64,000 nucleotides of DNA from Candidatus Poribacteria bacterium. GTDB taxonomy: Bacteria > Poribacteria > WGA-4E > JAJDTR01. Both the position numbers and the translations under genes were made by a program. Location: contig CBDCTK010000002.1 in assembly GCA_965222225.1 (NCBI GenBank), positions 320,001-384,000 of the forward strand. Reading direction: 5' to 3'. Within the stretch, counting starts at the first letter, position 1, and every line of letters starts with the position of its first letter. A model generated the notes under the pieces. The model had not been told where the DNA came from. It saw nothing but the letters and a program-made list of their open reading frames with translations, and ran no database searches. Shown in pieces: positions 22,488 to 34,300 of the stretch.

Positions 22488-22632
22488 AGTTTGTCCTTTC
22501 TGCGTGGAAGCGTTTATGTGTCGGGTCGATATTACGACACCGCCGACTTCCAAATCGCGTGAAGTTTCACGATTCTTCGTGCTGCTTGGCAGCGAAGCAA
22601 GTTCAGGGCGTTAAGCCTTTATCGTGATTTTC

Positions 22633-24231
22633 TCATCTTTCCAGGGCTTGGTTTCGTGCGGCCCTCTCAATCGCTTCGGGAATAGCTTCCAACACATCCC
22701 CAGCAATTAGTCCGTGCATCCCGGTCATCTCAGCGCTGATATCGCCAGCGAGACCGTGTAGGTATGCGCCGAGTACACCCGCTTCCGAGATTGGCACGCC
22801 CTGTGCCGTGAGTCCTGTGATTAGCCCGGCAAGAACATCGCCCATGCCGCCGGTTGCCATCCCCGGATTTCCCGTAGAATTAAGCCAAACTTCGCCAGTG
22901 TTGAGGGCAATTACCGTTGGAACACCTTTTAGAACGAGCGTTACCCCATGTTCCTGAGCGAACTCCCGAGCGACGCCGATGCGATCCCGCTCTATTTTGG
23001 GAACGCTCAAGCCAGTGAGTCGAGCCATTTCCCCCGGGTGAGGGGTTAGAATGGTTTGTGGTGGTAGAGAAGAGAGCAGATTGTTGACCTTGGAACGGGA
23101 GAAGGAGCGGTCTGTTTGCGCTTCTGCTAGCGCATTCAAACCATCAGCGTCAATTACCGTGGGGTGGTCTATTTCGCGGACCAAACTCTGAATGAGGTCT
23201 ACGGTTTCAGGGTGTTGCGACAGTCCAGGCCCAATGGCGAGAACGGCGGCGGTCCGTTCAATGAATTCGAGAATCTGCGGTTTAGCCGCCAACGCTAATG
23301 ATCCTTCAGTTGTCTCGGGTAACGGAGTGGTCATCACTTCGCTGAGTTTTGCTTCCACTATGGGATTCAGACTCTTTGGTACCCCAAGCGTGACCAAACC
23401 TGCCCCGGCGCGTAACGCGGCTTGACTTGCCAGAACTGCGGCGCCGGTCATACCTGTTGAACCAGCGAGAACAAGCACATGTCCATAGCTGCCTTTGTGG
23501 GAATAAGTCGGTCGAGCCGGAATCCAGGTGGCAACTTGATACGGTTGTGTCAAGTTTACCCAAATATCTTTCGATTCGACGACGCTCCGTGGAAAACCGA
23601 TGTCCGCAATCTCCAGCGCGCCTACTGTTTGTGCTCCCGGGTAGAGAAGTGTACCTCGCTTCGGAAGTCCAAGTGTCACGGTACAATCCGCGCAAATACA
23701 TGCGCCTTCTACCGCACCGGTGTCCGCGTTCAACCCGGACGGTAGATCGATTGCCATTATCGGGCAATTGGTTGAGTTAAGCCAATCAATGACATCCTTA
23801 ATATATCCTTCTATTCCACCGCGTAACCCTGTTCCAAAGATAGCGTCAACAATCAGGTCGCAGGAAACAATCTCTTTATCAAGCTTATTAAGGTCAGGTT
23901 CTGAGAGAACTTCCATAGTCGGAAGTCCCAGTTTTCGTGCAACTTGCAGGTTTGTCAACGCATCTCCAGTAAAGCGCTCCGGCGATGAAACAAGAACTAT
24001 TTGAACTGTATATCCTGCATGGGCAAGCTGTCTGGCTAAAGCCAGCCCATCTCCTCCATTATTTCCTTTGCCGATGACGATTCCAACATGCCGACATTCG
24101 GAAAAGTTTCTTTGAATCGATCTGAAAAGAGCAGTAGCCGCGGCCTCCATCAGCACCATGCCCGGGATACCAATCTCCTCAATGGTCTGTTTATCGATTT
24201 GCCGCATTTCTTCCGCGGTTACGACCTTCAT
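22633..24231 (-). CDS. nnr: Bifunctional NAD(P)H-hydrate epimerase/dehydratase
   Basis: LMEAA, GKGNNGGDG, DAIFGTG, HKGSYG, TPHPGEM and GG.GDVLAG motifs. Confidence 0.95.
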   Translation of the reverse strand: MKVVTAEEMRQIDKQTIEEIGIPGMVLMEAAATALFRSIQRNFSECRHVGIVIGKGNNGGDGLALARQLAHAGYTVQIVLVSSPERFTGDALTNLQVARKLGLPTMEVLSEPDLNKLDKEIVSCDLIVDAIFGTGLRGGIEGYIKDVIDWLNSTNCPIMAIDLPSGLNADTGAVEGACICADCTVTLGLPKRGTLLYPGAQTVGALEIADIGFPRSVVESKDIWVNLTQPYQVATWIPARPTYSHKGSYGHVLVLAGSTGMTGAAVLASQAALRAGAGLVTLGVPKSLNPIVEAKLSEVMTTPLPETTEGSLALAAKPQILEFIERTAAVLAIGPGLSQHPETVDLIQSLVREIDHPTVIDADGLNALAEAQTDRSFSRSKVNNLLSSLPPQTILTPHPGEMARLTGLSVPKIERDRIGVAREFAQEHGVTLVLKGVPTVIALNTGEVWLNSTGNPGMATGGMGDVLAGLITGLTAQGVPISEAGVLGAYLHGLAGDISAEMTGMHGLIAGDVLEAIPEAIERAARNQALER

Positions 24232-24718
24232 TGTTCATCCTTTATCATGAACCTAGATTTTTGACGTATGGGAGTTGGGAGTATAGATCTCTTGGAAGGA
24301 GGAGGTATGTTTACGCAAGATTGCGTATTAGCTTAGTCTGTATAAGAGTGGCGAAATCTGTGCGGCATCGGGTACAGTTGTTTCAATTCTTCCACAACCC
24401 ATAGTACGGAAACTGAGTTCAATGTTGTAAGACAAATTTGATGACGGCAAATCCTTCTGGGCAATGCTATTATTTCTCCCAATAGCGCTGAGAGGAGGGA
24501 AAAGATAAAATCTACCGGCAAAATAATCGTCGAATGTCGAAAAGAAAGCAGTCTCACCCAATAGCAGTTTGCCGAAGAGACAGGGTAATCGTATCGGGAG
24601 TCCGCTGATACCTCAATCCGGAATTGTCAACACCGGACTTAATCGCGATTGCATTCACATGGATACAGCACCTTTATAGTCGTTTACATTCATATTTACA
24701 CATATGCAACAAACCAAC

Positions 24719-24850
24719 TGTAGGGGATCAAGCGACTGAATAAGGAGGGCGATAGAGATCCCTTCCAGGTCGCGACTTCTTATCGCGAGCAGAGCTCGCT
24801 CCTACAGAAGACACGCCATAAACTACGCTACTACAAACCGAACAATGTAG
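24719..24850 (+). repeat. REP cluster containing micro-element copy 6 (24727-24761)
   Basis: TGTAGGGG|ATCAAGCGACTGAATAAGGAGGGCGATAGAGATCC|CTTCCAGGTCGCGAC...GAGCTCGCTCCTACA; flanks resemble 40458-40600. Confidence 0.8.
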
Positions 24851-25300
24851 GTCTTAAATGTATAATTCTTAGCTGTAATGACTATAAGAGCCGTGATCTG
24901 CGCTTTTTCAGGTGATTTTCAACTTGATTTTTTTGTCCCCTTTGCGTTACAGTGTAACACTGCACCGATGCAATGTCAACGGTGTAATCAGGACATAAGT
25001 GTTTGCATTCTGCGGCTACATATGCAATCTTATTCGTGCAAGACTACTAGGATGTGCCGAGATTCAGGACGCAACAATATGCAAGTACAGTGTTTGACCA
25101 AATACATCTGTTTCACCGAATTTGGGCGGTGTTATTATTGCCTTTAGCTCCTTCGAAGTGCATCCTCAACCAAAGAAGCGCATGTGCGTCTAAAGCGCAC
25201 AGAGGCCGTTTCAAAAACCGCCTTCCGTTTGACTTAAAATCAAAAATCTGGTTGGACAGATTCGCCTAGGGAAGTTGAAATTATTAGGAAATCCGTTTCT

Positions 25301-28300
25301 ATGATTAAGAATTGTATTCGTTGCCAAATATATCGGGTTCTAGCTGTCAAGAAGCCGAAAATCCGGTTCCGCACACTAAAATCCTCTTTACTGATTCAAC
25401 TGAGCTACTTCCTTTTGCTTCTAGTTATATCTGCTTCTGCTTGGGGTCAATTCTTCGAATCTCCACCGCGAGTCATTGATGATGCCAACGAAGACACAGT
25501 GTTTAGTCCGAATGGGGATGGCGTACAAGAAAATCTGATTATTAGTTTCGTGACGAATGGATTTACAGGCGATTATCGGATCATAATTGATGTGCACGGG
25601 CCCGGCGCAGTTGGTCAACCGGATGGCAAGTTCGACATTGATGATGACTGGCTTATCATAGGGGCAGTTGGCCCGGGGCAATCGGACCTATACCCCGGGA
25701 ATAATCCGAAAATCATACATCAAGAATGGGACGGAATGGACCGTGCTCCAAGCCAAGAAGCTCCGCCCAACGCGCGCCCGGTTGGAAACGGTAGTTATGA
25801 GATTCTTGTCGAAACCGATGCATTTGAGGATGGCGTGGTAAATATAATTGATTTTACTTACCAGTCATCTAAACTTACTGCTGTCATTGACGTTGACGCA
25901 CCGCAAATCTCGAGTACCGCCTCCCATCTATTCTTCTCGCCAAACAGTGATGCAATTAAAGATACCACAACAATCGCCTATACGCTATCCGAACATCTTT
26001 CCGAGCTCAGGTTGGAATTTGCCAATCTTGAAAGCCAACCCGCGATAAAGCTGACACATATTACAAGGGGCCAGCAATCGTTTGTTTGGAATGGGCTGGA
26101 TGGGCTTAGAACACCACTTGTTGATGGTACTTACAATCTCCGTCTACGTGGCACTGACAATGGCGGCAATGTGACGACATTTGATGCCGGTACGGTTCAA
26201 ATTGACACTAGGGCTCCTACCTTTTCGCAGATTATGCCGAGCCAGAATGCCTATTTGAAGACATCAGTTACCACTATTATGGTGGAATTTAATCCAGCGG
26301 AGCAGGAAAGTCCAATTGACTTTGATTCTTCGGTCACAACTATTAGTCTACAGAATGCGCGAGGCGAGATTTTCAGCGGCATAACGCGAAATGATGTTGC
26401 CAATAATCGCCTGACGTTAACATTGGACAATCCATTGGATACAATTTCGGAGAATGGCACGTATACCGCTGTTATCCGCGGAGCAGATGCAGCCGGGAAC
26501 CAGGTAGAAACCGGGAGTAGCTTCTACTTTGACACGGTGCCACCGACTCTAGAGCGAATTCGTTCGAATTATGGCAATTTTCCGCCAAACGGCTCTGTGA
26601 ACACAAAGATTACTTTCGTTGAGGTGGATTTAGACGATAACATTGATGATGGGTTAAATCTGTCCGCTTCGGCAATCGCACTCAATGGTCCGAATGGGGC
26701 AATCTTTGGGAATCAGACGTTCGGCGGCGATAGTACCTTGCGCTGGAATCTGAGAGTTCCCATAGCGACTGACGGTTCGGAAGATGGCATTTACACCATC
26801 ACGATAAATGCAACTGACCGCGCCGGCAATAGCGCAGATTTTGGCGAGATTTCCTTTGTCTATGACACTCAAGCTCCCAGGTTGGTTTCTCTCACACCAA
26901 ATCTTGAAGACAACTCGTTTCATCTCGGTGAAGGTACAATCTTCCGCAGCCAACCGTTATCACGAGTCGTTGCGGGCTTCGACGATGGAGATGGAAGTGG
27001 GGTTGACTTTGCCTCAACCCGCCTTGAAATCTTCCGTGCGGACGAAACGGGAGTTGGCAATATCTTCCTTGTGGGGACTCGCCATCCGAATGCCGCGGAT
27101 GGCACGTTGGATTTCCTGTTATCCCAGCCGCTTGAAAACCAAGACGGAACTCAAGACGGCGCGTACACTATTCGGGTTACCTCGGAAGATGTCGCCGGAA
27201 ATACCGACACAAGTCAAGTTCACCTCATTTATGACACTGAGACACCAAGAATCGTCTCAACTACACCAGAGCGAGACGCAACAGTTACGACGCTGTCGCA
27301 AGTGACCTTGGTCATGGATGACCGCATGAGTGGTGTCGATTTTGCGAACACTATCTTGAAGCTAGTTCGCGAAAGCGTTGAATTCCGCGCGACTTCGAGT
27401 AACAACGGAAAGGATACGGCAGTCTTAACGTTGTCTAATTCGCTGGCGACCAATGGTTCAGATGATGGAGAATACAGGATTGAAATCACAACTGTAGATC
27501 GAGCCGGGAACGCAAGTGACCAAATTGAACGTCGAATTTTCTTAGTATCTCAACGTCCAGAGATTCGTTTGAACGTACCTGTTAAAAAAGAGGTTAATGA
27601 ACTCACCACAATTGACGCACAGCTTTTTGATTACATTGGCACCGGCGTAAACTTTTCGCCCGAAAAATCTAGCGTGGTTGTGATGCGTGCAGACGGAACA
27701 GTGCTTCCGTCTGCATCTGTGGAAGCAGACAAGGTCAACAATCGGCTCATTTGGATGGCAAAGACGCCGCTTCCGCGCGACGGTTCTGCGGATGGTGAAT
27801 ATGCAGTCAGTGTATACTATGAAGACTTCGTTGGACAGAACTTCACGCAAGATTTTGCGTTGATATTTGATACGCAGCTTCCAGGAGTCGCCCAAACAAC
27901 GCCGGCTGCCGGTGCGCGCGTTGCCCGATTGGGAACGATAACAGTAGAATTCGCCGCGGACCTTAGCGGTATTGATTTCTCGGCTGCTCAGGTGCGTTTA
28001 CTTGATCCGAATGGAGTGCCTGTAGGAACAAATCAATCAGATAACGGGGCGGATATCATTACGCTTCGTGTTCAAGAGCTCCAAGCCTCAGTGGTCGACG
28101 GTGTCTATATTATAGAAGTTACCCCTGCCGATTGGGCCGGAAATGTTGCAGACAGCCCTTTTCTATCGGGTTTCACGTACGCTCCTCGTGAACCCTCAAT
28201 ATTGCTTCAGCCGTCAACAAACCTACCAACTAACCAACTGAACCAGATTACGGCTACCCTCCAAGATTATGTTGGTCCCGGGATTAATTTTGATTCCGCT

Positions 28301-31300
28301 GAAACGTCGATATCCGTAAGGAGCACAAACGGATCGGAGATTACGGCTCACCCGATTCAATCCAATGGAGCTGAATTACAGTTGATTTGGACCGCAGCGT
28401 CGCCCTTACCTCGGGACGGTTCGGCTGACGGGGAGTATGAAGTTGTATCTCGGTTCGTCGAAAACTCAGGGCTAGGATCAACTTCTCCCGCGACTTTCGA
28501 GCGGATTTCCACGTTGATTTTTGACACCCAACTGCCACAAATTGCGAGCACAATCCCATCTCGGAATGCGTGGATAACACAGTTGGAACGGGCTACGATT
28601 GAGTTGGGAGATAATCTAAGCGGTGTGGATTTCGATCTCACTTTGACACAGTTGTTGGGTCCCGATAACAACCCAATCCCAACGAGTATCAGCAATGATG
28701 GCGAGAAACAGATTACGCTTACTTTTGATCCGTTTAAGACAGATGGTTCAGCCGATGGCGTGTATCGCCTCGAAATCACTCCCGCAGACCTGGCAGGTAA
28801 TGTTGGTGGGCTTTCAACCATTGAGTTTGTCTATGCCACGCAAGCACCTGAAATTGAGATATTGACACCGTCTGATGAGTCCATCGTCAATCGTGTTCCA
28901 GAGATTCGTGTCGTTGTTCGTGACAATTCGGGCGAAGGGATTGACTTTGAGAAGTCCAATATAACCTTGACGAACACGAACAACGCTGATGTTCATGGAA
29001 TTCTCCGAAATGATGATGCAGGCACACTCACGCTGGAAGTGGGATTGCCGACGGATGGTACGGTTGATGGCAAGTACTCAGTGAATCTAAATCTCGTTGA
29101 TAACCTGGGAGCTGAAGCTGCCTATACGCGACAGTTTACGTATGATAGCGTCCCGCCTACGATTGTTGCGGAATCACGCCCGCCCCGCGAGAACAGAATC
29201 ATTGAGAATCGGATAATTGTAGAGTTTGAAGTGACGGATACCTCTCCGGTAGTTGGAGCTGAGTCTGGCGTCGATTTTGATGCGACGACAATTCAGCTCC
29301 ACGATGCGAATGGTGAATCCATCGCCGGTGAAAAGAGAGATGATGGCGTAAAGCTAATTACCTTCACCTCTGCGGAGCTCAGGAGTGTAGATGTTTATAC
29401 GCTGACGGTAGTGGTTGCTGACCGTGCCGGGAATGTCAGTGTCCCGCAGCGATTTGCCTACACAGACGAGATTAAACCGCCACGTGTAATATCAATCTTG
29501 CCACCGCCGAAGTCAAGAGTAAATCGCTTGACAGAGATTTCTACCGTACTTGAGGATCAATCGGGCACGGGGATTGATTTCTCTGCCACTGGTTCAAGCA
29601 TGGAACTGCGTAATCCCAATGACATGGTAGTTGGGGGTCCTGTGGTCAATGATGGTGTTGATACCATGACGTTGAAATTGATTGACCCGCTTTTGGCTGA
29701 TGGCAGCGATGATGGAGTTTACACGATTACCGTTCAACCTGTTGACCAGCTTGGAGTCAGCGGACAAGTGCGGCAATTCAGGATAATCTATGATACGCAG
29801 AATCCACGTGTTCAATCAGTTTCGCACATTGATATGACGGCGAATTTATCCACCGTGAAAGATTCAGTGAGGCGCATTGAAGTCGAACTTGTTGAGACGG
29901 GGTCGGGGATAGACTTCGAACGTTCGTATGTTCAGTTGTGGCGTCATTCGGGGGATGAACGTATTCTAGTCGTGGGCGCGCTTGATGATGATGGGTTGTT
30001 ACTGTGGTGGCAACTGGACAATCCGCTCGCACGTAATGGGGTGGATGATGGCTTGTATTCAGTAGAAATAAAGGCGGTTGATAATGCCGGTAACGTAGAA
30101 GAGAAAGCATTCGGATTTCTTTATGGTACGCAGGCTCCCGTGATTGGCACCATCGCGCCGCCGCCGAAGTCAAGAGTAAACCGCTTGACAGAGATTACTG
30201 CTGTGCTTGAGGATCAATCGGGCACGGGGATTGATTTCTCTGCCACCGGTTCGAGCATGGAACTGCGTAATCCCAATGACATGGTAGTTGGGGGTACTGT
30301 GGCCAATGATGGTGTTGATACCATGACGTTGAAATTGATTGACGCGCTCTTGACTGATGGCAGCGATGATGGAGTTTACACGATTACTGTTCAACCTGTT
30401 GACCAGCTTGGAGTCAGCGGAGAAGTACGTCAATTCAGGATAATCTATGATACGCAGAATCCACGTGTGCAATCAGTTGCGCACATAGATATGACGGCGA
30501 ATGTATCTAACGTCAAAGATTCAGTGAGGCGCATTGAAGTCGAACTTATTGAGACGGGGTCGGGGATAGACTTCGAACGTTCGTATGTTCAGTTGTGGCG
30601 TCATACGGGAGATGAACGTGTTGTTGTTCCGGGTGCACTTGATGATGATGGGTCGTTACTGTGGTGGCAACTGGACAATGGACTCGCGCGCAATGGAGCG
30701 GATGATGGCGCGTATACGGTGGAGGTGAAGGCGGTTGATATTGCCGGTAATGTAGAAGAGAAAGAATACAGGCTTCTCTATGATACGCAAGTCCCCGTTA
30801 TTGGTTCTGTTAATGCCTCCGTGGTTGCCGGAGATACACTAGAGCTAGACACTGGCGGTACCCCCACGGTGGTTGAAGTGCCCATTCACCAGATTCATCT
30901 AGTTTTTACCGACGGTTCAGGTAGCGGGATAGATGTCTCACAGATACCCGTCCAACTAATTCAATCCAATGGGATAGCAGTCGCTGCAACGCAACAAAAT
31001 GATGGGATTGAAACTGTTTCCTTAAGATTCAAACCGCTCCGAGATGATGGGACGGACGACGGACGCTACTTTATACGAGTGGCACCAATAGATTTCTCGG
31101 GTAACACTTATACAAGTCCGTTAGAATTTCAGTTCCTCTATTCAACGAGGAAACCCGAGATCGTTTCGACCACGCCAGCCGAGTACACATCTGTTAATTT
31201 ATTGGACTCGGTTAGTGCAGTACTCTTGGACTATAGCGGAGAAGGAATTGACTTTGATCGTTCTACAGTTGGTTTGTACAATGACGAAGGAAACCTAATT

Positions 31301-34300
31301 GATGGTCGCCAACATGTGGATACAGAAAGTTCGATAATCACTTGGGACTTAGACCAACCATTGTCGCGGGACGGTGTTGATGATGGGGAGTATTCCATTC
31401 GGCTTGTAGTTTTCGATGGAGCGGGCAGCGAACTTAAGTCGTCCAAGACGTTTCTCTACGATACCCAAATACCACAGATTGTCTCGGTTTCTGTAGGTAC
31501 AATACCACCGATGTCCATTCCCATCAATGCACTTGAAGTGCTTAACCAGTCAATTGCGCAGGTGGCGGTCAGGCTTTCTGATGAGCGCGTACTACCCGAC
31601 GGAGGACAGATTTCTGCATCGGGAATCGATTTTGTCGGTACGATGGTTCGACTGATTGCACCCAACAATGAACAAAAAGGCGTCACTGTAAGTGATGATG
31701 GTGAGGCACAGTTAATTGTTAGCTTTACACCGCTAGTACAACCCGGTACCTACACGCTTGAAATTACACCACGCGATCTTGCGGGAAATGCTTCCGGGCA
31801 CCCAATTCAATACAAGTTCAGTCTCAATTTGGCTAAACCGCGTGTGGATTCTGTAGCAATCGGCGAACACATGGCTCCCGTTGCTTTTGTTAATCAACTT
31901 GATAAGATTACCGCCAAACTTGTTGACCCGAATGGAGTTGGATTGGACTTAACTACCGGAGGTTCGACACTGAGTGTGATGGGACCCAATGGTGTGATTG
32001 ATGGCCTTCAAGAGGGAAGTGGGGTTGATGAGCTAGTGTGGATACCTCTGCATCTTCCAGTAGATGGTACCGCTGACGGGCGCTATACAGTGACTATTAC
32101 ACCCGTGGATAGCCTTGGCCTTTCTGGCGCTCCCGCACGTTATGAGTTCGTATTGGATACACAGAAACCCGAGCTAATTGGTGTTGACCCACTAAATCTT
32201 ACACACGCAGTGTCTTATATTGGCGGGCAGATTATCCAAATTTCTGCCCAAGTTGTGGATGTAGGCCCTGCCGGCTTAGACATCTCAGAACAGACCATTC
32301 AACTGCAAGATGCTAATGGATCGCCCGTTCCGGCGGATTTGACGTCTGATGGAGATAGGCAAGTTTTCTTAACATTAGCTCAACCACTAGCCACGAACGG
32401 CAGCAACGACGGAGAATACTCCACTATCATCAGCCTAGGCGATCGGGCCGGTAACACGCTTGAGGTTGAGCATACTTTTGTTTATGATACGCAAGCTCCA
32501 ACGCTCGTGAATACTGATCCGGCAGGTGATTTAGTTCGAGACGATCTTACTTCGATTGTCGTTGACCTCAGCGATCGTGGAGGTAGTGGCATTGACTTCG
32601 CGGTTTCCCATTTGATGCTTTTTGATCCGAACGGCAATCAGGTTAACGGACAGTTGGGTAATGATGGCGTTGGACAACTTACTTTACAGCTCGACGAATT
32701 GGCGGAAGATGGCAGTTATCGTATTCGCGTGCTGGCGGTTGACAGAGCTGGCAATGGGGCTAACGCACCATTCGATAGAACTTTCCTCTTTTCCACGAAC
32801 CTTCCCACTGTCGTATCGACTGTCCCGATAACGGCACCCGCTGAAAATGCTTTCACACGCACGCCACCGAATCAGGTCGAAGTTGAGTTTCAGTCATCGC
32901 CGAATTTGTCCACGGTCAGGTTAATTCACCCTAACGGTACAACCGTACCAGGGCAGCAGATCCGAGATGGAAATCGGCTAATCTACCGTTTATCGCGAGA
33001 ACTAGCTTCCGATGGCTCGGACGATGGTAGTTACACAATCTTGGTGACGCCCGTCAATAGTGCGGGACGAAGTGGTGAGCAGCAGCAATATAATTTCATT
33101 TATGACACTGTTCTGCCAGAAGTTGACGGAATCTTGCCAGTTGTCGAATCGCCGAGCGTTAACAATGCACTGAATGAAATTGTGGCGCTTGTCACAGATG
33201 CAAACCCCGGTTCGTCTATTGACTGGGATGAATTAGACGACTCATGGGTGACCTTCGAGAAACTAGGGCTCGGGCAAAAGATTCGCGGTAGACTTTCAAC
33301 TGATAGAGAACAGATAATCAGTTTTCGCTTGGAATCGCCGTTGGCTTCCGATGGGAGTCAGGACGGGAAGTATCGCGTGATTGTCATGCCGCGGGACCGA
33401 GCGGGTAACGTCGCTATACCGACAGCCCTTGAATTTATCCTCGACACTCGACCGCCAACTATCCACACTGATTCCCTCCTGATTAATGACCGACCGCTAT
33501 TTGTTAGTACAAATCATCCAGACTATCCCTCGGCAGACGGAAGTGGTAGCGGGGTTGTGATTCAGGCAAGAATGTCCGATTTGGGGTCTGATGGAATGGC
33601 GGGGCTTGGTGTAGACCTTTCACGATCGTCGATTGTTGTGACTTCACCCGATGGCACGTCACTGACCGGGAACCTGATACAGAACGGTACTGACACTATC
33701 GTGTTTAAGTCAGGCCCGCTGATCGCTCAAGGATTTTACCGAGTTGAAATCACGAGTGTCGGATTGGATGTAGATGGGCTTGGATTTGCTCCTACTGACT
33801 CCATCACGACTCAGTTCTTGCACGAAACGACAGAACCTGTTGCGGAATTAACCGATTTCGGTGGAAAAACGAGCCTGACGGATCAACCATTGCCGCTGCG
33901 CGGTACGGCGATAGATCCAGTTTCGTTAGTGGAAGAGGGAACTGACGAGGAGCAAGGTGGTACTGATTCGGCTTCAGGGATTGCGTTTGTGGAAATAAGT
34001 GGCACGGGCCCAGACGGTGAACCAATCGAACCGGTGCTGGCTGTGGATAAAAGCGGCGCCGAGTCAGAACCGTGGAGCAGTTGGTCACTTGATTTTCTGC
34101 CGGCACGGTCCGGCGGATACAATCTTGATATTCGTGTGACAGATCGAGCCGGCAACGTCGCTGTATACGATGGCGTAACTGTCAACCTATCCGTCTCTCT
34201 AACATACCGTGGCTCCACCTACAGTTGGCCCAGCCCGCTAAGACACTCAACAGGAGATCGCGCCCACTTTTCCTTTGATGTCAATATACCTAGTGGCTCC

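Noticed and set aside
24328-25269. Short ORFs upstream of nnr and the giant gene
   Set aside because: Overlapping, motif-free and interleaved with REP DNA; not supportable as genes.
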